Origin: Spirochaetota bacterium
GTDB taxonomy: Bacteria; Spirochaetota; UBA4802; UBA5550
DNA: 64,000 bases
Assembly: GCA_963664815.2 (NCBI GenBank)
Contig: CAXXHB010000003.1
Coordinates: forward strand, 2,688,001 to 2,752,000
Direction of reading: 5' to 3'
The notes under the pieces are model-generated. The model was not told the DNA's origin. It saw only the letters and a program-made list of their open reading frames with translations, and made no database searches. The first letter of the stretch is position 1, and every line of letters starts with the position of its first letter. Position numbers and translations under genes: made by a program. Shown here one piece after another: positions 11,714-19,723 of the stretch.

Positions 11714-12073
11714 ATGATTTTGCAATGGCTCCCCCTGTTTATTCTCGGTGCATTGGCAGAAAGCACATTCCAGATATTCTTTAAAAAAGGCGCCATGGAC
11801 AATGGCGATTTACCCGGTATTCAGTACTTTTTAAAGCTTTTAACAAACCGGTGGATAATATCAGGACTTTTAGTCAGCATACTTGAAATGGTTATATGGG
11901 TAACACTTCTCTCAAATATACCTTTATCCATTGCTTTCCCGATAACCGGCATGCAGAAAATATTTCTGATTTTTTTTACCGCCTTCGTACTTAAAGAGAA
12001 GGTTTATAAAGCAGAATGGATCGGTATCGGGCTGGTAACTCTTGGTATAGTTGTTATAGCCTGCTCCGGCTGA
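11714..12073 (+). CDS. Small multidrug/EamA-type 4-TM protein, ArnE/ArnF flippase-like
   Basis: 119 aa, four hydrophobic helices, Q..FKKG, PLSIAFP, LKEKV motifs. Confidence 0.8.
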   Translation: MILQWLPLFILGALAESTFQIFFKKGAMDNGDLPGIQYFLKLLTNRWIISGLLVSILEMVIWVTLLSNIPLSIAFPITGMQKIFLIFFTAFVLKEKVYKAEWIGIGLVTLGIVVIACSG

Positions 12074-12106
12074 CAAAAAAATTCCAACTTATAGCGAATA
12101 ACAATA

Positions 12107-13153
12107 ATGAAATTAATAAACCGAATAGAACCGGAAAATCTGATTAATACATTCATGGCTGAACCTCCGGAGGGATTTCAATCTATCTCAATTGATACCG
12201 GTAATGGATTTATCCCAGGGTTTATAATGAAATTCAACATTCTGACTACTACTGATGAGAAGATTAAAAAACTTCTGTCAAAAGTCGGATTTCTGATTCC
12301 AAAACCAAAAGCCATGTTTATTGGAACAACTGTCACGGAATATTCCATTTTCCCGGAAGATATTCCACCGGATAAAACAAGAAAACTGATTCTTTCCAGA
12401 CTTAAAGAGATCAGATCTTCATTCCTTATTGTTAAAGACATACCACTTGATTCACCGCTATTGTCAGATGAAGAGAATCGTGCTTCAAAAGAGATTATGA
12501 AGAATCTTGAAGAGAATAAATTCCAGATAATTTACGGTGAAGCCCTCGCATTTGTAAGAATTAATATAAATTCGATTGATGAGTATTTGAAACTTTTCTC
12601 CCGCTCCAGAAGAAAGGATATCAAGAGAAAGCTTAAATCTAAGGATGAAATAACTGTTGAGGAGATAAGTACCGGGGATCCATTCTTTGATAATGAAACT
12701 GTTTCTTTTCTTTATATGTTATATATGAATGTTTACAATCAAAGTACAATTCATTTCGATCTCCTGACCGAATCATTTTTCAAAAGACTTTTTCAGGAAG
12801 AAAACGGTTTAGTTTTTTTATACCGGAATAATGGAAAAATTATCGGTTTTAATTTATGCTATCGGGCAGGTAATAAACTGATAGATAAGTATATAGGTCT
12901 GGATTATCCTGATGCAAGGACATTTAATCTATATTTTGTAAGCTGGATTAACAATATTGATTACTGTATAAAAAACAGGCTTGAATTCTTTGTAGCAGGA
13001 TGGTCAGATCCTGAAATTAAAGCAAATCTAGGTTCTGAATTTACTTTTACATACCATGCAATTTATCTTAAAAATCCGCTACTAAGGTTTATTTTAAAAA
13101 AGATCAAATTCCTCCTGGAAGCTGATAAAAACCTGCTTGAAAAATTGAAGTGA
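12107..13153 (+). CDS. GNAT/FemAB-like acyl- or aminoacyl-transferase
   Basis: SIDEYLKLFSRSRRKDIKRKLK, DKYIGLDY, NLYF and AGWSDPEIKANLG pattern of the FemAB-like GNAT group. Confidence 0.8.
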   Translation: MKLINRIEPENLINTFMAEPPEGFQSISIDTGNGFIPGFIMKFNILTTTDEKIKKLLSKVGFLIPKPKAMFIGTTVTEYSIFPEDIPPDKTRKLILSRLKEIRSSFLIVKDIPLDSPLLSDEENRASKEIMKNLEENKFQIIYGEALAFVRININSIDEYLKLFSRSRRKDIKRKLKSKDEITVEEISTGDPFFDNETVSFLYMLYMNVYNQSTIHFDLLTESFFKRLFQEENGLVFLYRNNGKIIGFNLCYRAGNKLIDKYIGLDYPDARTFNLYFVSWINNIDYCIKNRLEFFVAGWSDPEIKANLGSEFTFTYHAIYLKNPLLRFILKKIKFLLEADKNLLEKLK

Positions 13154-13156
13154 TTA

Positions 13157-14062
13157 TTAACGATCTTTATAATCAAACATCTTCAGGTGAGAGATAATTC
13201 TATAGTTAAGAGCTGCATGTTTCTCTCTTTCATAAACCAGATTGCTTAAAGGAATTTCAGCACCATCCAGCCTGCGCAGAAGCCCCTTAATATAATTTTT
13301 ATATTTATAGGTTGATAGATCACCTGTGATATCAGCGGCTATTAAATTTTCAGAAAGAAGATCAATACAATCAAAAAGTTGATTTTCAGTCATATTTCCC
13401 TGATCCCAATATGTGTTTATACATTCTCTCTGCAGAACATCTTTATCAATGGATAAATAGATCTTTTCATCCTTCTGGATCAGTTCATCTTTAATAAAAC
13501 TCAGAAGATTTTTTTCAGAACTTACCATCTCATGAATCCCATTCCTGCTCAATAAAAAAGCCGCATTGGATACACGCTTGAAGCAGTAATACTCCACCTT
13601 ACCTTTTCTTAAAAGAGAAAACCTGTTCTGGACAAGGTTTAAACCATTAATATCCTGCGATGTAATCCCGATTACAGACACCCTCCTGACATTCGGAAGT
13701 CTTGCAGCATGGTATACCCAAGAAGCACAGTGGATACCAAAGGGTATATACATATTATCCGGATGATTATCAAAAACTATAACATGAATATTTTCAGCCG
13801 GATTGTTTTTTATAAGAAGATAGCTGAGATGATGAAAATCGCCATTGCCGATTAAATAAATACTATGTGACACGATCTCATCAATTATGTGATTTTCAAG
13901 TTTGTTCAATGCTTTAAAGGTTGAAAAATAACGTATTTTTTCCTGGAATTCACCAAGTGCGATACTGTGAATATTTTCATCTTTAATCAATGATCCATCA
14001 ATATCCAGGATAAGGACTTTTTTTAGTAATTCAGTTGTAATCAAAATAAATATCTCTTGCAC
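13157..14062 (-). CDS. Arginase/ureohydrolase-fold metallohydrolase
   Basis: GNGDFHHLS, FDNHPD and YLSIDKDVL match the GGDH, DxHxD and SxDxD metal motifs; start uncertain. Confidence 0.8.
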   Translation of the reverse strand: MQEIFILITTELLKKVLILDIDGSLIKDENIHSIALGEFQEKIRYFSTFKALNKLENHIIDEIVSHSIYLIGNGDFHHLSYLLIKNNPAENIHVIVFDNHPDNMYIPFGIHCASWVYHAARLPNVRRVSVIGITSQDINGLNLVQNRFSLLRKGKVEYYCFKRVSNAAFLLSRNGIHEMVSSEKNLLSFIKDELIQKDEKIYLSIDKDVLQRECINTYWDQGNMTENQLFDCIDLLSENLIAADITGDLSTYKYKNYIKGLLRRLDGAEIPLSNLVYEREKHAALNYRIISHLKMFDYKDR

Positions 14063-14125
14063 AATATGTTGATGTATTATTACTGATGCATTTAATGAAA
14101 TAATGGAGTAAATAAAGTTGTCAAT

Positions 14126-14503
14126 ATGTTAAATAAATTATATGAAAATATTAAAATAGTTTTAGTCTGGGTTATGCTACTTTCATGCGACACAGTGGCG
14201 CAGCTTTTATTAAAAATCGGAGCTGATAAAACAGTAAATTCCTCTATGAAAATCAACCTGTATATCATTGCCGGTTACAGTACTCTTGTGCTTTCATTTA
14301 TAGCATGGATGCAGATTCTTAAATATACACGTCTGTCAATTGCCGAAGCATTAACATCTCTTCTCTATATAACCATTGCTTTTACATCATTCTTTTTTAT
14401 GAAAGAACCTATCACCCCCTCTATTGTTATAGGTACAATATTAATAACAGCCGGTGTATCTATAATTAGTTTCAGCGAAGGAAACAGGGAAGAAAAAGAC
14501 TAA
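14126..14503 (+). CDS. Second ArnE/ArnF-like 4-TM flippase subunit
   Basis: 125 aa; AQLLLKIG, W...L...LSIA and FMKEPIT motifs. Confidence 0.8.
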   Translation: MLNKLYENIKIVLVWVMLLSCDTVAQLLLKIGADKTVNSSMKINLYIIAGYSTLVLSFIAWMQILKYTRLSIAEALTSLLYITIAFTSFFFMKEPITPSIVIGTILITAGVSIISFSEGNREEKD

Positions 14504-14654
14504 ACAACATACCCGATATTGTACATTTGTAAAAAATTCCGCATTAAATATTATAAATTTGTATAATATTAAGTTGACTTTAACTGACAATTATATTTTA
14601 TTAACTTCAGGGTTTTTTTGACCTTTCATTTAGAAAACTTATCAATAAAAGATT

Positions 14655-15002
14655 ATGTTACTATATAATAAATATCCCCAATATCTCAGACAACTTAGTT
14701 TTTTAATATTACTGGGTGTGGTTTTCTTTATATTATCTGATGTTTATCTGGATAATCTGATTGATCAAAATGATGACTACAATACTTTCATTGTAGTTCA
14801 AAGCGCAAATGACTATGAAGACAATAAATTTTTTGAATCGTTGGCGTTTCATCCACCTTTATTATTATTGAACGACTTCTGCCTTAATATCAGACAAATT
14901 GATCAAATATGTCTGATTTATAATTATACAAGAGCAGAAGAAATCAACATACCTGATTACAAATACAAATTATCGATCTGGAGTAGAGGCTCTTTCTCAT
15001 AA
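14655..15002 (+). CDS. Hypothetical protein with one TM segment
   Basis: 115-aa ORF in a very AT-rich interval; no recognisable motif. Confidence 0.4.
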   Translation: MLLYNKYPQYLRQLSFLILLGVVFFILSDVYLDNLIDQNDDYNTFIVVQSANDYEDNKFFESLAFHPPLLLLNDFCLNIRQIDQICLIYNYTRAEEINIPDYKYKLSIWSRGSFS

Positions 15003-15270
15003 TTGTATCTTCTTAACATTATACATTTATTCAAATTAATAATATTTATACTGAGTCATTATATTGCATATTTGATTTTGTATTTAATTTTATGGAGAAA
15101 TTTTACAGTTCTTAATGATATTCATGCTAAGATGTCTTAAGTGATTTTTTATGAAAAAGTAACTATTTTCACTATCAATGGTGTTTAAATTATTGAAGCA
15201 GAGCTGAAAATGAAAATAAATTAGATGCAGAATAGGATCGCACATATAAATCGATAATAAGGAAAATAAA

Positions 15271-16629
15271 ATGCTGAATAACATATTAAAAAAACAGCCA
15301 GGTGCAAATCTGGAAACTTCTCTTGAAGAATCAAAAAAATGGTTCGAACGCGCTAAAAAAGTTCTTGCCGGGGGAGTAAGCAGTTCAGCAAGGATGCCTG
15401 CAGCCGGTACAATCCAGACTCCTCTTTACATAAAAAAAGGTAAAGGAAGCAGAGTATGGGATCTTGACGGCAATGAATTCGTAGACCACCTTTTCAGCTA
15501 CGGCAGCCTTATAGCAGGTCACAGCCATCCGAAACTTGTAAAAGCAGTAGAAACCCAGATAAAACTTGGAACAATGTTCGGAACCTGCAATACCGCAGAA
15601 GTTGAGCTTGCCGAGCAGATATGTCAAATGGTGCCATGCGCCGACCTTGTACGTTATGCCAATTCAGGGTCCGAAGCAATTGCCGGGGCAATCCGCGCAG
15701 CAAGAGGATATACAGGAAAAAACAAAATACTTAAATTTGAAGGCCATTACCACGGCTGGGTTGACCAGCTTGCAGTAAGCCAAAGACCAACGGCTGAGGA
15801 GGCTGGTGATTTTAAATCCCCGAACAGCAGACCTCATTCAAAAGGAATTCCTCAGGGTGTAGTTGACGATGTAATCATCTGCCCATGGAATGAGCCCCAG
15901 ATATTAAAAGATATATTAAACAAAAATGACGGGAAGATAGCAGCAATAATAGCTGAACCACTTGTAGCGAATAATGCATGTATAATGCCTATTCCTGGTT
16001 ACCTGGAATTGATCAGGACGGAATCTTCACGTCGAGGTATTGTACTTATATTTGATGAAATTGTAACAGGTTTTCGTGTAGCTCCAGGAGGAGCGCAGGA
16101 GTTATATGGTATTACGCCTGACCTTGCAGTATACAGCAAAGCAATCGGTGGAGGTATGCCTCTAAGTGCCTTTGCTGGAAAACGTGAAATCATGGAACCG
16201 ATAGCGAAGAATACTGTAAAACATGGTGGAACATACAATGGTAACCCCATATGTGCAGTAACCGCTCTGGAAACCTTAAAACTTGTTAATGATAAATCAT
16301 CTCTTAAAAAGGCTTACAATTCAGGAAATGTGCTGATCGAAGCAATAAAACGTGAGGCAAAAGCTAATAATGTAAAATGTATCGTTCATGGAGTCGGACC
16401 GATGTTCCAGGTTCTCTTCACTGAACGTGAAAATGTTACAAATTATAGACATCTTTTTGAAGTTGATACTGCAAAGTTTGGAATTTTCAGAGATACACTT
16501 CTGCGACATGGTGTTCATATTAATGGTTCATACTCGGCCTGCTGGTTTGTTTCAACAGTACACACAAAAGATGACGCAGAAATAGCAATTAAAGCGATAC
16601 ATAAAGGAATGAAAAAAATAAAAAGCTGA
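15271..16629 (+). CDS. Class-III PLP aminotransferase (GSA-aminomutase-like paralogue)
   Basis: NSGSEA, FEGHYHG, FDEIVTGFR, SKAIGGGMP (PLP Lys), HGGTYNGNP. Confidence 0.9.
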   Translation: MLNNILKKQPGANLETSLEESKKWFERAKKVLAGGVSSSARMPAAGTIQTPLYIKKGKGSRVWDLDGNEFVDHLFSYGSLIAGHSHPKLVKAVETQIKLGTMFGTCNTAEVELAEQICQMVPCADLVRYANSGSEAIAGAIRAARGYTGKNKILKFEGHYHGWVDQLAVSQRPTAEEAGDFKSPNSRPHSKGIPQGVVDDVIICPWNEPQILKDILNKNDGKIAAIIAEPLVANNACIMPIPGYLELIRTESSRRGIVLIFDEIVTGFRVAPGGAQELYGITPDLAVYSKAIGGGMPLSAFAGKREIMEPIAKNTVKHGGTYNGNPICAVTALETLKLVNDKSSLKKAYNSGNVLIEAIKREAKANNVKCIVHGVGPMFQVLFTERENVTNYRHLFEVDTAKFGIFRDTLLRHGVHINGSYSACWFVSTVHTKDDAEIAIKAIHKGMKKIKS

Positions 16630-16750
16630 TCCTCCAGTTACAGGTTGGATAAATAAAAACAGGAAACCTATCGGAATATTTGAAAAGGTTTCTTCCGGTT
16701 GCAAAACAGGAATATTTGTAACCGTTAATTATAACAATGAAGGTTAACAT

Positions 16751-17494
16751 ATGAATAAACAGATATCAGTTAAAGAAAAAAAATATACAGACAGTATGCC
16801 TGAAGCTGAAATTTCTCAATTATGGATAGATTTTGACGGAACAATAACAAAAAAAGATACCCTTGATGAGCTTATTAAAAATTACTCAATTGACAATTCG
16901 TGGGAACTGATTGAGCAGCGGTGGCAATCGGGATTTATAGGTTCCAGACAGTGTCTCGAAGAGGAATTTGCGCTGCTTCGAATACCTAAAAGTAAATTGC
17001 ACAAAGCGATTGAAAATATAGAAGTTGATGAGGGTATCTTTGAACTGCTCAAAATCATGAGATCACATTCAATTCCCGTTGCCATATTGAGTGATGGAGT
17101 TGATATATTCATAAAACAGATACTGAAAAACAATGGAATCACAGGCATGCCAATCCGCTCCAACACTATTGCTTATAATGATCCATATCTTAAATTGCTG
17201 TGCCCTCACAGCAATCCGAAGTGTGATGTAGGGGCTGCACATTGTAAATGTTCTTCCATGTATGCTCTTGGCAGCTTTGATAAAAGATCAATCTATATTG
17301 GAGACGGGCTTAGTGATTATTGTGCAGCACGTCATTCTGATTTTATCTTTGCAAAAGGCGCCTTAGCCAAACGTCTGGAAAAAGAAAATATCCCGTTTTG
17401 TGAATTCAACGATCTTTCCGATGTCTCAGAGACTCTTGTTGAAATATGGGGCACAGAGGAAAGGAGTGCCAGCAGTTTGAAAAGAAGCAAATAA
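16751..17494 (+). CDS. HAD-IB phosphatase (MtnX/PHOSPHO1-like)
   Basis: DFDGTIT motif I, LSDG, CK, YIGDGLSD motif IV. Confidence 0.9.
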   Translation: MNKQISVKEKKYTDSMPEAEISQLWIDFDGTITKKDTLDELIKNYSIDNSWELIEQRWQSGFIGSRQCLEEEFALLRIPKSKLHKAIENIEVDEGIFELLKIMRSHSIPVAILSDGVDIFIKQILKNNGITGMPIRSNTIAYNDPYLKLLCPHSNPKCDVGAAHCKCSSMYALGSFDKRSIYIGDGLSDYCAARHSDFIFAKGALAKRLEKENIPFCEFNDLSDVSETLVEIWGTEERSASSLKRSK

Positions 17495-17579
17495 ATCTTT
17501 TTCAATTATAGTACTTTATGCAGAATTGTAATTTTACATAAAGTACTATTCACTTTACCGGCATTAAATCGAAAATTAC

Positions 17580-17936
17580 TCATATAACAAATATAATAAA
17601 AAGCAGACTGAAAATCAGAACTATTAGTTGAATTATAAAATATGTCTTAGCTTTATTATAGTCATTTCCTGAAATTCCGATAAGAAACGGACTTGCAGCA
17701 AAAAACAGACAGGCGGCAGACTTCAAAAAATGTTTTTCCAGAACAAAACTGAATGCATAAAACATCAGAATTAAAATATACATCATCAGACCTACAGCAA
17801 GACCAACAGTAAGTTTATGAACTCTTCTTGCTCTGAACTTTTTATTGTATGTTTTCATACCAAAATAAACTCCTGTAAAAAACAGAGAGTTTACGGCAAT
17901 AGCTACACCTTTAAGACTATATGCAATGACATTCAT
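17580..17936 (-). CDS. Hypothetical 4-TM membrane protein
   Basis: 118 aa, hydrophobic; starts 2 nt after the hydrolase stop, so probably co-transcribed. Confidence 0.7.
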   Translation of the reverse strand: MNVIAYSLKGVAIAVNSLFFTGVYFGMKTYNKKFRARRVHKLTVGLAVGLMMYILILMFYAFSFVLEKHFLKSAACLFFAASPFLIGISGNDYNKAKTYFIIQLIVLIFSLLFIIFVI

Positions 17937-17938
17937 AA

Positions 17939-18721
17939 TCAGCTCCGTAAAAAGAATTCTCTGGTTTTTTCAAAAACGAAATCCTTCTCATTATCAAGAA
18001 CAATCAAATGATAACTGTTCCTGAGTTTTATATATTCTTTTATCTCAGATTTTATTTTCTTATACACAACATCAGCACTTCTGGTACTGGTAATATCATC
18101 CCTCTCAGAGTGAATAAGAAGTACAGGGGTTGTTACTTTATAGAAATTTCTTCTTGAGTACCGAGAAAGCCTTTCAAGCTCAAGTATACATAGACCCGGG
18201 AAGCAGTCAAGAATATCAGCATCTTCCTTATCCATTGCCTTCTGTACGCGCTCCCGAGCCTTATCGCTCTTGACTCCAAGAGCTGCAGCTTCGGGTAATG
18301 CCCAGAAAAATTTTATAACAGTATATAATGCGAGGGGAAGCATGAACCTGTATTTTGGAATACTCCATCCATCATAAAATAAAGTTGTTGAAAGACATAC
18401 TACCCTTTTGACAGATTTTCTTTCACCTGCAATATTCAGAGCAAGAACTGCTCCAAGGCATATACCCGAAACATTTACTTCTTCATATATTTCTTTAAGT
18501 CTATCATATTCACTTATTGCAAAATTATTCCAGTCGTGCCAGGTCGTTTTTTTAAGAGCTTCTGTACTCTGACAATGTCCAGGTAATGTTGGTATATAGA
18601 CATCAAAACCAGAGGCATAAAGATCTTTTCCCAAATAGGCTAATTCTGTTGGCGCACCGGTCATCCCATGCAAAAGAAGAACCGCCTTATTTACATCACT
18701 GTCATGCTTTAATTCAATCAC
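17939..18721 (-). CDS. Alpha/beta hydrolase (carboxylesterase/MGL-like) with Cys nucleophile
   Basis: LLHGMTG, LPGH, GICLG elbow, SERDD, SYH catalytic His. Confidence 0.88.
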   Translation of the reverse strand: MIELKHDSDVNKAVLLLHGMTGAPTELAYLGKDLYASGFDVYIPTLPGHCQSTEALKKTTWHDWNNFAISEYDRLKEIYEEVNVSGICLGAVLALNIAGERKSVKRVVCLSTTLFYDGWSIPKYRFMLPLALYTVIKFFWALPEAAALGVKSDKARERVQKAMDKEDADILDCFPGLCILELERLSRYSRRNFYKVTTPVLLIHSERDDITSTRSADVVYKKIKSEIKEYIKLRNSYHLIVLDNEKDFVFEKTREFFLRS

Positions 18722-19005
18722 CTGATCTACCTTATAATAAAAAATTTAGATATTGGATACTAATAATTTTATCTCAGGTTTTTTCAAGTAAAATTATTAA
18801 TATACTGACATCGATCTCCTTTTAAAAATGTGCTGAAAAGAACCATCAGATAAATATTATATATTATTCATATTCACAGTATTTAAATTTATTAATCCGA
18901 GATTACACTTACGTTATTATTGACTCCAGCAAGCTTTTATACTATTATTTACTGATATTATCTTATTAATAATATACAGAAATATAATCCGCAAAGGAGC
19001 TATTC

Positions 19006-19638
19006 ATGAAAAAAATCAGCCTGATATTATCTTTATGTATTACTTTATCCTGCTCAAAACAGATCAAAGTCGACATGAAAATTTTAAATTATACCGGCCG
19101 GGTTACCGTAAACACCGTTATTGTCAAAGATACTCAAACAGCATTAAAAACCGGCGACTTAATTGAAACAATGGATAACTCCATATGTGATATTATCATA
19201 AATGAAAAAAATATCATCAGGCTTAATCCAGGCTCCAAGCTTAAACTTAACATTTCTGAAAGCACTCTCATCCTTGAAAAAGGCTGGCTTGGGGCTGTAA
19301 CAAGGAAAATATTCACAGACACAGGCAAATTTATTGTCAAAACCCCTACAGTTACCGCAGCGATAAGAGGCACTTCATTCTGCATAAAGGTTGAGAACGA
19401 AAAAAGCACATACTTCTGTACATGTAACGGTTCGATTGAACTGAAGGGTGAGGCAAGCAGCATTAATGAAACCGTCACAGCAGCTCACCATGCCGCAAGA
19501 AGATTTATACTCGATAAAAGCGGGGCAATAATTGAAGATAACAACCCTGGGTTGCTGTATCATGCCGATAACAGCGTTGAAGTGCTGGCAGGAATAATAA
19601 ATGAAAAAATAGACTGGAATATACCAGATATCCATTAA
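19006..19638 (+). CDS. FecR-domain lipoprotein
   Basis: Lipobox TLSC; LKTGDLIET and VKTPTVTAAIRGTSF FecR motifs. Confidence 0.85.
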   Translation: MKKISLILSLCITLSCSKQIKVDMKILNYTGRVTVNTVIVKDTQTALKTGDLIETMDNSICDIIINEKNIIRLNPGSKLKLNISESTLILEKGWLGAVTRKIFTDTGKFIVKTPTVTAAIRGTSFCIKVENEKSTYFCTCNGSIELKGEASSINETVTAAHHAARRFILDKSGAIIEDNNPGLLYHADNSVEVLAGIINEKIDWNIPDIH

Positions 19639-19723
19639 CCTGAAAAAAGTTACTTTTACATGATGCAAATGCAATTCTCTCATGAAGTGGGGATACATCC
19701 ATTGAAAATATGTTACTGAATCA

